Below are positions 35,559 through 45,041 of a DNA stretch of 64,000 nt, piece after piece. Under the pieces are notes generated by a model. It was not told where the DNA came from, did no database searches, and worked only from the letters and a program-made list of their open reading frames with translations. Position 1 is the stretch's first letter. Each line of letters starts with the position of its first letter. Where the stretch lies: the NCBI GenBank assembly GCA_045595505.1, contig JAZOAO010000027.1, forward strand, positions 84,717-148,716, given 5' to 3'. A program made the position numbers and the translations under genes. Source of the DNA: Acutalibacteraceae bacterium (GTDB lineage: Bacteria; Bacillota; Clostridia; Oscillospirales; Acutalibacteraceae).

Positions 35559-36929
35559 TTAATCTATTGTTTTTATTTGCCTTATTTCAATACCTTTTTC
35601 TTCCAAAAAGCTTTCTGTTTCTTTTTTGAATTTTTCTGCAGAAAAGAAGGTTGAATTATAAACATCAATTACCGTTCCGCTTTTGGTAACAAAAACAATA
35701 TGTTCATCCTCTTGGAATTTGTCTTTATAGGTGTAGCCCTCAACAATTGCCGCATAGTCAACTGAACTGTATTGACAACTTTTTCTTGAAAGCGGGAAAT
35801 CTTCTGTTGAATAAAGAAAATCACTATCACGAAGCACTAAAGTTGAGTTTATACAAGTGAAAAGAGCGATTACAGCTACACTTTCTGCAAGAATTGTAAA
35901 ATATTTTAAAGTGGTTTTTACTTTGGGTTGTAATGTAGGAATATGAATATCTTTATTCTTTGATTTTTTTCTTAAAAAGATATTCAATGAGATTGCAATT
36001 GCAGGGAGTGTTGAGAAAAATGGCAAGAAAATTAAATTTTCCTTTATACCATATATGAAAAGACTGTCCGTTGCGGTAAAATATGTTAATCCTAAGAACA
36101 GTCCTATCATAACTGCAGAGAGGGGAATGGTCAGAAGCAATGTATATAAAAGTATTTTTAAATAACCTTTTGTATCTGAACCCTGTCTGGCAGTTCCTTT
36201 TTCTGCAGATGCATCGTTTGCCACTTGTGAAAGAACCGGTGCATTTCCACCTTTTTCCAAGTAAGCTAAAAGATTATCTTCATAAAGTGAACGATATTTT
36301 GCTTTCTTCAAGGCTTTTAATGCTTTTTCTTCTTTTCCTTTAAAGAATAAAGCAGGTGAACCTAAAACATAAATATCAATCTGATACTGGAAAAAGTTAT
36401 AGAACATCATAGAGAGAATTTTATCGGCAGAATCCTTTAAAAACTGACTTGCCTCAATAATATTATCTCCAAAATAGGCATTGATTTTTTGCTTTTGTTT
36501 TTCAATAAGTGCGTTCTTTTCGACACCATTTTCCGCTATTTTTGAAAGTTCCGGAAGAAGTTTCTGTAAAAGCGGTTCTAATTCTTCAAAGCATTTTTTA
36601 ATAAGCTCATTTGAGTCAACAAAAGAATAGGTGTAGCAATTAAAGTTTTTCGGCTCTGTTACTGATAAAATATCGTAAACAGAAAAGGTTATGGAAGGTT
36701 CCCTCTCGAAGAAAAACGAAAGCCATATTACCTGCTGAACTCCACCGCCCTTCATATTTTCTATATAATAAACATCCATAAAAAACTCCCCGAAATTATA
36801 TCGGGCAACAACGCCGTTTTTGGAATTTTTCTTTTTATTGGAAACAAGGCTTTTTATCGAGGGATTTTCGGTTTTCAGATGAACCCCTAATTGCCTGCAC
36901 ATATTTGAAAAATAAGTTAATAAATCCAT
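35559..36929 (-). CDS. Hypothetical membrane protein (456 aa; soluble N-domain, 3-4 TM helices, C-terminal domain)
   Basis: Start placed at MDLLTYF (ATG 36929) behind the strong RBS ggagg; the track ORF starts at 36989. Hydrophobic helices lie around LKILLYTLLLTIPLSAVMIGLFLGL, LIFLPFFSTLPAIAISLNIFL and FTILAESVAVIALFTCI. Confidence 0.55.
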   Translation of the reverse strand: MDLLTYFSNMCRQLGVHLKTENPSIKSLVSNKKKNSKNGVVARYNFGEFFMDVYYIENMKGGGVQQVIWLSFFFEREPSITFSVYDILSVTEPKNFNCYTYSFVDSNELIKKCFEELEPLLQKLLPELSKIAENGVEKNALIEKQKQKINAYFGDNIIEASQFLKDSADKILSMMFYNFFQYQIDIYVLGSPALFFKGKEEKALKALKKAKYRSLYEDNLLAYLEKGGNAPVLSQVANDASAEKGTARQGSDTKGYLKILLYTLLLTIPLSAVMIGLFLGLTYFTATDSLFIYGIKENLIFLPFFSTLPAIAISLNIFLRKKSKNKDIHIPTLQPKVKTTLKYFTILAESVAVIALFTCINSTLVLRDSDFLYSTEDFPLSRKSCQYSSVDYAAIVEGYTYKDKFQEDEHIVFVTKSGTVIDVYNSTFFSAEKFKKETESFLEEKGIEIRQIKTID

Positions 36930-37099
36930 TATTCCTCCACACTTGAAATATACTAAAAGTATTTTACTAAATTCTTTCTTTTTCGTCAACTATAGCCGAA
37001 AAGAATTGAACTCCGTATGCCTAAAATTCAACTTATTCGGCTATTGCACTTTTAAAAGATTTGGAGTATTATGTTTTTATCAGTGAGCGGAGGTGCATT

Positions 37100-37846
37100 A
37101 TGGAGGAAGTAAAGGTTATAGATTATGGTTTTTTCAACCACGATGATCTGGATTTTGAATATCACGTAAGCGGAAATGAACAGGGCGAAGCTCTTGTTAT
37201 GTTAAATGGCAACGGTGGTGATTATCGTTGCTTTGAGGGCGATTTATATAAGCCTCTTTCGGAGCATTTTAAGATTATTCGTTTTTCAACAAGGGGAACA
37301 GGCAAAACACCTTTAGGTGATAAAAAGCTTACATTTGAACTTTTTTGTGATGATTTGAAAGCTCTACTTGATTATTTAGGTGTTGAAAAAGCCAATTTCT
37401 GCGGATTTTCCGATGGTGGTAATCTTGCTATGTGCTTTGCAGTTACATATCCTCAGTATGTTAAACGTCTTGCAGTTTTTGGCTCAAATCTTAACACAAG
37501 AGGAACAAAAACGGGGGACCAGTTAGGAATTATAAAGGACCACAGAATATATGCAATTAAAGCAGCTCTTACAAAAGATCCCGAAATGATAAGAAGACGA
37601 GAAATTGAGGGTATGATGGTTGGTCAACCAAAGCTTAATTATAAAAAGCTCTCTGCAATAAAAATACCTTTCCTCAATGTTTTCGGTGAGTTTGATATGA
37701 TAAAACGCAGACATTCAAGAAAAATCACCAAGGCTGTTGAGGGCGCAGAAGAGGTTATGGTTTTAAACGGCGGTCACAGTACCGCATTCAGAAAAACAGA
37801 TTTCCTTATTTTACCCGTTGTTAAGAAATTTTTTGGTGTGATATAA
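37100..37846 (+). CDS. Alpha/beta-fold hydrolase
   Basis: Nucleophile elbow GFSDGG, an N-terminal LVMLNGNGGD oxyanion region and a C-terminal GGHS. Start placed at ATG 37100 (MEEVKV) behind RBS ggaggtg. Confidence 0.75.
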   Translation: MEEVKVIDYGFFNHDDLDFEYHVSGNEQGEALVMLNGNGGDYRCFEGDLYKPLSEHFKIIRFSTRGTGKTPLGDKKLTFELFCDDLKALLDYLGVEKANFCGFSDGGNLAMCFAVTYPQYVKRLAVFGSNLNTRGTKTGDQLGIIKDHRIYAIKAALTKDPEMIRRREIEGMMVGQPKLNYKKLSAIKIPFLNVFGEFDMIKRRHSRKITKAVEGAEEVMVLNGGHSTAFRKTDFLILPVVKKFFGVI

Positions 37847-38034
37847 ATCAATGGGTCTTTAAAATACAGTCTTGAAAAAGTGAAGACCGCTTTTCACAGA
37901 CTTAAATAATTACAACCCAAAAGTTGAAAATTAACAAGTAAAATGCTATAATATTTTAGAACAAAGAAAGATGGAACTACTTGAAAGAATGTGCACCATT
38001 TTGTAATAATAAATATTTGTTTTGAGGGTTTGCA

Positions 38035-39075
38035 ATGAAAAAACAGTTTTTGTGGAGTGCTGTTGGACAGGGTATCAGGGCGCTGAACAAATTAGCATTT
38101 CCACTGCAAAATGATAATAACAAACTCATACGGTTCGATACCTCGCTCGGAACAGAAAATCTGGGTGATTATATCATTATGCATTATTGCAATAAAATAC
38201 TGGATGAGTTGTTTCCTGGTTATCAATCTATTCATATCAGTACCCATTTGATGCCAGCGATAGAACAAGAAGCTTCTGTAAAGCAGACTAAGTATAAATT
38301 TGTCTGTGGAACGAATTTGCTGACTTCTACTATTGAACATCATTGGCGCTGGATTTTGCCGGACGGGGTTCGTCGGAAAATGACCTACCGCAATATAATT
38401 TTATTAGGTGTGGGTTGGGGTGAGTATCAGCAGAAATGTACTGATTATTCACGAATGATTTATCGGACAGTGCTAAATCCTAAGGTGCTTCATTCTGTCA
38501 GAGATCAATATACACTGGAAAAGCTTAAAGAGGCAGGCTTTAAAAATGTTATAAATACCGGTTGCCCTACCACATGGGCACTGACATCGGAATTTTGCCG
38601 TGATATTCCTACAAAAAAATCAAAAAATGTTGTTACTACTATTACAGATTATCGACGTGATACCGAGAAGGATAACGAAATGTTAGCGATTTTGAGTCAG
38701 AATTATGACCATATATATTTGTGGCTTCAAGGAAAGCATGACGAAGAATATTTGAAAACTCTTAATATTCCGGAAAATCTGACCACTATTCCTGCAAATT
38801 TGGAAGCGTATGAAGAAGTTCTCAGGCAGGGTGGTGTAGATTACGTCGGCACTCGGCTCCATGCGGGTGTCCACGCTTTGAATTACAAAATCCGTAGTAT
38901 AATTTTAGCAGTGGACAACCGTGCAACGGAAATGGGCAGGGATGTGAATCTTCCGGTGATTCAGCGTAGTGAGATCACCGAAACACTGGAGAAAAAAATA
39001 CAGTCAGAGTTCATAACAGATATTCAAATAAAACAGGAAAACATCGAATGTTTTAAAGCTCAATTTAATAGATAA
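38035..39075 (+). CDS. Polysaccharide pyruvyl transferase family protein
   Basis: The N-terminal GTENLGDYIIMHYC motif and a C-terminal GTRLHAGVHAL motif are typical of CsaB/WcaK-type pyruvyl transferases. Confidence 0.7.
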   Translation: MKKQFLWSAVGQGIRALNKLAFPLQNDNNKLIRFDTSLGTENLGDYIIMHYCNKILDELFPGYQSIHISTHLMPAIEQEASVKQTKYKFVCGTNLLTSTIEHHWRWILPDGVRRKMTYRNIILLGVGWGEYQQKCTDYSRMIYRTVLNPKVLHSVRDQYTLEKLKEAGFKNVINTGCPTTWALTSEFCRDIPTKKSKNVVTTITDYRRDTEKDNEMLAILSQNYDHIYLWLQGKHDEEYLKTLNIPENLTTIPANLEAYEEVLRQGGVDYVGTRLHAGVHALNYKIRSIILAVDNRATEMGRDVNLPVIQRSEITETLEKKIQSEFITDIQIKQENIECFKAQFNR

Positions 39076-39125
39076 TTGAGAAGGTCCAAATAACATATGA
39101 ATAAACAAAGTAAGGGGGAAATTAT

Positions 39126-40415
39126 ATGGAAAAAATTGAACTATTACATATTGAAAAAAATGGTAGAACTGTCCGTTATGATTTTCAGTGCAGTGAGAAC
39201 CTGAAAAAATACTTTACCGGTGTTGAATTTGTCATTGAATATCCCGAAGCAATCGACTGTGTGCCTGACAGTGTGTTGGCTGTTCCTTTTGCTACTAATA
39301 CTCTGCAGATTATGTGGCTGGCAGATTGTGAATTAGTGCTTCCTGAATTGGACAGAGATTTTTATGAGAGTATACCGGAGTTTCTGAAGGGTTTTCAAAA
39401 TATGTATCCGGAGACAACTTTTGCCGGAAAGTTGACAGTTGGCAGTATTGTGGAATGCATCCTAGAAAAAAGTGGCGAAAGTGCCACATTTTTTTCAGGT
39501 GGTCTGGACGCCACTACTACGTTGCTTCGTCATTTAGATGAAAAGCCACATCTGTTATCTATCTGGGGTGCAGATGTGGATTTTGATAATGTAGATGGAT
39601 GGAAAATAGTAGAAAATGGTCTAAAAGATGTTGCACAGCAGTATGATTTACCATTGGCTGTGATTCACAGCCGTTTTCGTGAGTTTGACGATGTTGTGAA
39701 GCTTACAGAAGATTTTCGAGAAACTTTGCAGACCTCTTGGTGGTACGGTGTCAAGCACGGCATCGGCCTGATAGGTCATGCCGCCCCATACGCATGGCTT
39801 CATGGGGTGAATATGGTATATATAGCCTCCTCCAATTGTATTGAAGACGAACAGGAGCGTTGTGCTTCAGACCCCACAATTGACAGTAATGTGGAATTTT
39901 GCGGTAGCAAGGTTTTCCACGATGCTTTTGAATTGAGCCGTCAGAAGAAAACAAACTACATTGTCCAATATCACCGTGAGCATCCTGGTATCGCAATCAA
40001 TCTGCATGTTTGCTGGAAATCAAAGACCGGGGAAAACTGCTGTAGTTGCGAAAAATGCTATCGCACCATGGTGGGTTTTTGGATTGCCGGTGTGGACCCA
40101 CGAGATTTTGGATTTGATTATGATAATCGTATATTCCATCATATTTATCAGTTTATGGCGCTACGTAATGAGGAACCTCACGCTTTTTCATGGACACATA
40201 TGAAAGAAGATTTACAAGATAAATGGGATGATTTAGCAGACAAGCCCTATCGTAAGCATTTGGCATGGATATTGGATTTTGATTTCTACGATATGGAAGG
40301 AAACGAATGCAGAAAAAAATACAGAGCGTCATGGCGTTTTAAGCAAAGAATTGTAGATGCATGTCCAGGGCTATATAAGCTTTACATTAAGCTTCGTGGT
40401 CATAGCTACGAATGA
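39126..40415 (+). CDS. PP-loop (adenine nucleotide alpha-hydrolase superfamily) protein with Cys cluster, function unknown
   Basis: The PP-loop-like motif FFSGGLDATTTLL lies near residue 120. A Cys cluster CWKSKTGENCCSCEKCYRT resembles the QueC/ExsB-type zinc site. The gene is followed by its own terminator. Confidence 0.5.
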   Translation: MEKIELLHIEKNGRTVRYDFQCSENLKKYFTGVEFVIEYPEAIDCVPDSVLAVPFATNTLQIMWLADCELVLPELDRDFYESIPEFLKGFQNMYPETTFAGKLTVGSIVECILEKSGESATFFSGGLDATTTLLRHLDEKPHLLSIWGADVDFDNVDGWKIVENGLKDVAQQYDLPLAVIHSRFREFDDVVKLTEDFRETLQTSWWYGVKHGIGLIGHAAPYAWLHGVNMVYIASSNCIEDEQERCASDPTIDSNVEFCGSKVFHDAFELSRQKKTNYIVQYHREHPGIAINLHVCWKSKTGENCCSCEKCYRTMVGFWIAGVDPRDFGFDYDNRIFHHIYQFMALRNEEPHAFSWTHMKEDLQDKWDDLADKPYRKHLAWILDFDFYDMEGNECRKKYRASWRFKQRIVDACPGLYKLYIKLRGHSYE

Positions 40416-40466
40416 TAATTTACCAATAAACAGTAAATGTTTTCGTAAAAAAACTTGAAAAACTGA

Positions 40467-40511
40467 AGACTACAAACTTACCGAGAAAGGTAGGTTTGTA
40501 GTCTTTATTTG
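40467..40511 (+). terminator. Intrinsic terminator after the PP-loop gene
   Basis: 16-bp stem agactacaaacttacc / ggtaggtttgtagtct with one G-U pair, a gagaaa loop, then ttatttg. Confidence 0.75.
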
Positions 40512-40572
40512 TGAAATTTGTCCATTAAAACAATTACATAAAGTGATTGCTATGTTTTTTCTAAATACTACA

Positions 40573-40720
40573 ATCCAATATTTGATATAAATTCATTGTA
40601 TTTACTGACTGAATCCATATCTGTATTGGAAACTTTTTTTATATATTTAAGTTTTTGCGGTATTTCTTTCAGATTTACAAAACCTCTTGCAACCTATGCC
40701 AAGGGTAAAAGAGGTTTTCT
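40573..40720 (-). pseudogene. Orphan copy of the 3' end of the nucleotidyltransferase gene (direct repeat of 42980..43127)
   Basis: Constant offset of 2407 nt. By my letter-by-letter comparison, 40584-40683 is identical to 42991-43090 (100 nt), and the flanks are diverged. No upstream coding continuation exists. Confidence 0.85.
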
Positions 40721-40775
40721 ACTTTAATCATAAGATGTATTAAAGTAGAATTGTCATAACTTAATAATAATCAAA

Positions 40776-41780
40776 TCACTTTTTGATTACTTGAGTATAA
40801 ATGCTATAAAATTTTTCATACAACAACATCAGAAAATAACCAAAATGTGTATGTGAATTCATATACACCCAATCAAAAATCTTACCCAATATATCCTTCC
40901 TTGTAGTTTGATACGATTTGGTAAGAGTACATTCAGGGGGTCTTTTGCGGGGGAACAAACCATTTTTTTTCATTGCTTTAATAATTTGTTTCCTTTCGGA
41001 TTTCGGCATTTTAGCAGAAGAGTTCAAGGTGTACCAAGTAGATGCCATCATTTGATTAGCTGAAGCAACAGAATCACCAAATTTATTGTCATAATATTCT
41101 TTCATTATTTTCGAAACAATAAAATGCGACTTGATTTTTTTATGATTTGCAGCAACTTCAAATGAAGTCATAGCTGAGTTTTCACGATTTCTATAAAGAT
41201 AAAGAGGCTTATCTACAACAAAAAGTGTAGGATTATGTGAATTTATTTCAAACATAAAAACACAATCTTCACAATAAGCTAAATTAGTGTTGAAACGGCA
41301 TTTATGTTCAAAAATAAAAGAACGCGACAATAAACTTGAACATACATAAGCATCAACTGCATAAGAGTTTGTTTTAAGCTCTTTGTCATCGATATAATGA
41401 CTGACATCGCCGTTAAAAACGAACATACCAACTCTTATTCTATCAAATTTGTTTTCTGTTATGATAGATTTAAGATTTAGCAATGATTTGCTCTTTAACA
41501 CATCATCAGAATCGAAAAACCAGATGTATTCACCTTTTGCAACGTCAATACCAACATTTCTTGCTGATGAAACACCGCCATTTTCTTTATCTATAACAAC
41601 AAGATTGTGGTATTTTGAAGCATAATTATGTAAAATTGCTGAACTGCTGTCCGTGGAACCATCATTTACACAAATAATTTCATATTCATCATAAGAAATA
41701 TCTTGATTGAGAAGAGAATCAAGGCACTCTTCAAGGTATAATTCAGTATTATACACCGGAACGATAAAACTAATAAGCAT
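40776..41780 (-). CDS. Glycosyltransferase family 2
   Basis: ISFIVPVYNTELYLEECLDSLLNQ ... VNDGSTD ... FFDSDD (DxD). Confidence 0.9.
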   Translation of the reverse strand: MLISFIVPVYNTELYLEECLDSLLNQDISYDEYEIICVNDGSTDSSSAILHNYASKYHNLVVIDKENGGVSSARNVGIDVAKGEYIWFFDSDDVLKSKSLLNLKSIITENKFDRIRVGMFVFNGDVSHYIDDKELKTNSYAVDAYVCSSLLSRSFIFEHKCRFNTNLAYCEDCVFMFEINSHNPTLFVVDKPLYLYRNRENSAMTSFEVAANHKKIKSHFIVSKIMKEYYDNKFGDSVASANQMMASTWYTLNSSAKMPKSERKQIIKAMKKNGLFPRKRPPECTLTKSYQTTRKDILGKIFDWVYMNSHTHFGYFLMLLYEKFYSIYTQVIKK

Positions 41781-41821
41781 ATATTATTTCCTTTGCTTTT
41801 ATTTAAATTACAATTATAAAA

Positions 41822-42940
41822 TCAGTTGATTTCATAAATATTTTTTATTGCAGTACACCAGTTTTCGATACTATATTTTTCAATAAACTCATTATAGTTA
41901 GATGGTGCATTTCTATCAAGCTTTAAAGCTTGTTCAATAGCATTTGCACACGCATTATAATCCTCTGTCGGGTAAACAAAAGCCTTATCATAACTATGGG
42001 ACCAGACTGTAGCAGGAATATCGCTCACAACAAGTGGCGTATTCTGAGAAATTGCTTCAAGTACACTATACGGAAAAGCCTCTGTACGACTTGCCGACAA
42101 ATAAACATCTGCTGCCTTATGGTACGCAAATATATCATCAGTACTTTCAAGAAATTTAATAAAAGGACTACGGGGGTCAATACTTGTGAAATCTTTTATA
42201 GCTTTCAAACTTTCAATACTTGGAGTACCACTATGACCAACTACGCCTAGAACTATATCGGGATTTGATTTACTTAATTTTTCAATGGCCTTAAAAGCAA
42301 TATCTATTCCTTTTGTATGTAAATGCCACCCTAAAAACAAGCATAATTTTTGATTTTCTTTAAGCCCAAGCTTGTTACGCATTTCAACCCTTGTAGCAAA
42401 GAAATCAACATTTCTGCTGAAGGAAATGCCATTTGGAATAAAAAAGCGTTTTGCAAAAGGGTAGGCTTTACATTTTCTGCCGTTTACACATACAATGCTT
42501 ATTTTGTTTATTCTATATCTTAAGGATGTAAGTGCACAATAAACCCTTTGTTTTATAAGGCTCTCTCTTGGACTAAACTCCATATGGTCATGAACAAAAA
42601 TCTTAACACCAAGTGATTTTGCGTAGTTCAAAACAATTCTGTGATACATTCCGAAGTGCAAATGTAAAATATCAATATTATTTTTATTAATAATTTCTCG
42701 CAGAAAAAGCAATGCTTCTTCTCCGTCTTTATGTTTTGTAAGAAACACTTTAAAACCCTCATTCTCAAGCCAATGAACCCAGGAACTCTTTGATAGGGTG
42801 TTTGGAGCTTCTGGAAAAATGAAGAATATTTTATGATTATCTTTTTTTAAATCTCTACCCAAATCAACTAAAGAACCGATAAAATTACCACTTGCAGGAG
42901 TAGAATAATCCGCAGCAATTAAAATATTCATCGTTATCAC
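41822..42940 (-). CDS. Glycosyltransferase family 4 (GT-B)
   Basis: The C-terminal EX7E-type block is SRTEAFPYSVLEAISQNTPLVVSDIP. Confidence 0.85.
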   Translation of the reverse strand: MITMNILIAADYSTPASGNFIGSLVDLGRDLKKDNHKIFFIFPEAPNTLSKSSWVHWLENEGFKVFLTKHKDGEEALLFLREIINKNNIDILHLHFGMYHRIVLNYAKSLGVKIFVHDHMEFSPRESLIKQRVYCALTSLRYRINKISIVCVNGRKCKAYPFAKRFFIPNGISFSRNVDFFATRVEMRNKLGLKENQKLCLFLGWHLHTKGIDIAFKAIEKLSKSNPDIVLGVVGHSGTPSIESLKAIKDFTSIDPRSPFIKFLESTDDIFAYHKAADVYLSASRTEAFPYSVLEAISQNTPLVVSDIPATVWSHSYDKAFVYPTEDYNACANAIEQALKLDRNAPSNYNEFIEKYSIENWCTAIKNIYEIN

Positions 42941-42974
42941 CTATGTATCTATTGTATTTTTATAGTATTAACTA

Positions 42975-44138
42975 TCACAAACCAATTTCTGATATAAATT
43001 CATTGTATTTACTGACTGAATCCATATCTGTATTGGAAACTTTTTTTATATATTTAAGTTTTTGCGGTATTTCTTTCAGATTTACAAAACTTCTTGCAAC
43101 CCATGCCATAGGCAAAAGATATTTTCTGCCCTTAATAAATTTATAGCGTTCCTCTATTTTTTTCCCATTTGGAAAAAGCGTGTCTTTCAAAACACTTCCT
43201 TTAGAGCCGGATTCATCATTCCTTAAGGATATTATTGATTTATCTCTTGTTTTGCCAAATAAATCTGCCCCAAAAGTATATTTTTTCAAAGCATCTAAAT
43301 TGTCTTGCTTTATATCATTTATTTCAAAGGGTAAATCTATTTCAAACCATTCACTGCAAGCGGAAAAAACTGTTTTAAAAAAACGCTCTAAATGAAGCTT
43401 TTTCGAATCCTCGTATATTTTCTCAAAATCCAACGTGCCACTATTTTCCTTTAAAAACAAGGCAATGTCCATATACATTCTTATACCGGCACCACCCGCA
43501 TATAAATGCTTTGCCAAATGGCAAAAAAGATACATAAGGTGAAGGTCCTTCTGTGGTGAAAATCGTTCACCAACATCTTTTTGGGCTGTTTTTAAAGCAT
43601 CAGAGAAGTAGGAAATTACCTGTTCGCCTTTACCTAAATCCGAATCCATAAGCTCGGTATGAACCTCACACCTGCTTATACCCTTATCATAGCTATAGGT
43701 AGGCTCCCAATTATCTTTTACACTGTAACCGTTTTCAGTAAATATTTCGTCTGCTTTTTGCCTGTCCTGCTTATTTATAAGAATATCAATATCTCCGAAA
43801 GTGCGAAGCTCGGGAACAGGGTAAAGGGTGCGCACATACCACCCCTTTACAGGCATATGGGGAATTTTACTTTCGCTGAGCTTTTGCGAGAGGTTTTCAA
43901 ACATATTGGCTTTATTCAAGTTTTCAGCAATAGTCTGATAATAGCAGTTCACAAGCTTCTTTTTTATATTTTCATCTTTTATTATGTTCCATTTTTTATC
44001 CATATAGGCTAAAACTGGCAATATTCCTTGAATATAAAAGAAATAGAAAACCTTTCCCTCGTGCGTATCACAGTCAAAACAAGGTTTTCTGTTGTGTATA
44101 AATGCAGAAAGAATTTCCAATATAATATTTTCTGTCAC
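42975..44138 (-). CDS. Uncharacterised nucleotidyltransferase family protein (NTP_transf_5-like)
   Basis: 387 aa. The block ...PMPVKGWYVRTLYPVPELRTFGDIDILI... (GDxD nucleotidyltransferase core) is typical of the family often annotated simply as nucleotidyltransferase family protein. The call is by motif and recollection. Confidence 0.55.
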   Translation of the reverse strand: MTENIILEILSAFIHNRKPCFDCDTHEGKVFYFFYIQGILPVLAYMDKKWNIIKDENIKKKLVNCYYQTIAENLNKANMFENLSQKLSESKIPHMPVKGWYVRTLYPVPELRTFGDIDILINKQDRQKADEIFTENGYSVKDNWEPTYSYDKGISRCEVHTELMDSDLGKGEQVISYFSDALKTAQKDVGERFSPQKDLHLMYLFCHLAKHLYAGGAGIRMYMDIALFLKENSGTLDFEKIYEDSKKLHLERFFKTVFSACSEWFEIDLPFEINDIKQDNLDALKKYTFGADLFGKTRDKSIISLRNDESGSKGSVLKDTLFPNGKKIEERYKFIKGRKYLLPMAWVARSFVNLKEIPQKLKYIKKVSNTDMDSVSKYNEFISEIGL

Positions 44139-44155
44139 CTATATTCACCTCTTTT

Positions 44156-45031
44156 TTACTCTAAATTCAAAACACATATTTCGGGTAAATTAAAAAACCT
44201 TGGAATAAATTTATAACCTGACAGTCCGGAGGTTATTAGCATCATCATTTTTTCTCCAAGCATATAAAAACCATAATCATATTCAGGGAATAAACCCTGC
44301 ATAGGTGCATACAAGCCCCCCGCAAAGGGTAGTCTTACAACACCGCCATGGGTATGCCCGCTCACAACAAGGTCTATATTGCTCCAATAATTATAAGCAC
44401 CATTAAAAATAAATGTATCAGGCATATGAGCTAAAACAATTGTAGGTAAGTCTGTTTTCTCCATATCCTTTAAAAAGGTATATTCGCTTGAGTTTTCAAA
44501 ATCTTCTTTTGTTCTTCCGAAGGGAAAAGCGTGACCCATTGTTCCGCCTATCCGAATTTTTTGACCGCCTATTTCGCAATCTACGAAGGAATCATCTAAA
44601 ACTATAATACCGTTTTCTGTAATTGTATTCTCAAATCTGTCAATTATATCGTCACTGTATTCCTTTTCCTGATTACCATAAGAAAAATATACAGGCGCAA
44701 TATCTAAAAGTTCAGTTAATAGTTTTGTGGTTTCAGAAAAGCAGTTTTCCGCATCACTGTCATCGAGCATATCACCTACAACAAAAATCGCATCCGGATT
44801 CTGCTCGCTTATTTTAGCTAACAGCCGTTTGTTATCTTTGCCATATTCTTTGCCGTGCAGGTCAGAAATAACAACAACTTTCGCACTTCCGGATAATCCT
44901 GAAAGGTTGATGGTGTATTCAGAATTTTTAATGCAAACATTACTGAATATTGTGGTTGCTATTATTACAACAAACACAAACGCTAATATTAAAATTGTGA
45001 TTTTTTTTAATTTGTTTTTATTTTGGTTCAT
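44156..45031 (-). CDS. Membrane-anchored metallophosphoesterase
   Basis: Calcineurin-like motifs: VVISDLHG, VVGDMLD, GNQE, SGHTHGG. An N-terminal TM anchor is present. Confidence 0.85.
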   Translation of the reverse strand: MNQNKNKLKKITILILAFVFVVIIATTIFSNVCIKNSEYTINLSGLSGSAKVVVISDLHGKEYGKDNKRLLAKISEQNPDAIFVVGDMLDDSDAENCFSETTKLLTELLDIAPVYFSYGNQEKEYSDDIIDRFENTITENGIIVLDDSFVDCEIGGQKIRIGGTMGHAFPFGRTKEDFENSSEYTFLKDMEKTDLPTIVLAHMPDTFIFNGAYNYWSNIDLVVSGHTHGGVVRLPFAGGLYAPMQGLFPEYDYGFYMLGEKMMMLITSGLSGYKFIPRFFNLPEICVLNLE

Positions 45032-45041
45032 TTTATAAACT

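Noticed and set aside
35188-44138. Lasso-peptide/RiPP cluster (PqqD-like RRE + PP-loop protein + nucleotidyltransferase + ABC exporter)
   Set aside because: The parts are scattered over 9 kb on different strands and interleaved with glycan genes. There is no transglutaminase-like leader peptidase and no precursor ORF that I could find. The PP-loop protein lacks the N-terminal domain and length of an asparagine-synthetase-type lasso cyclase.
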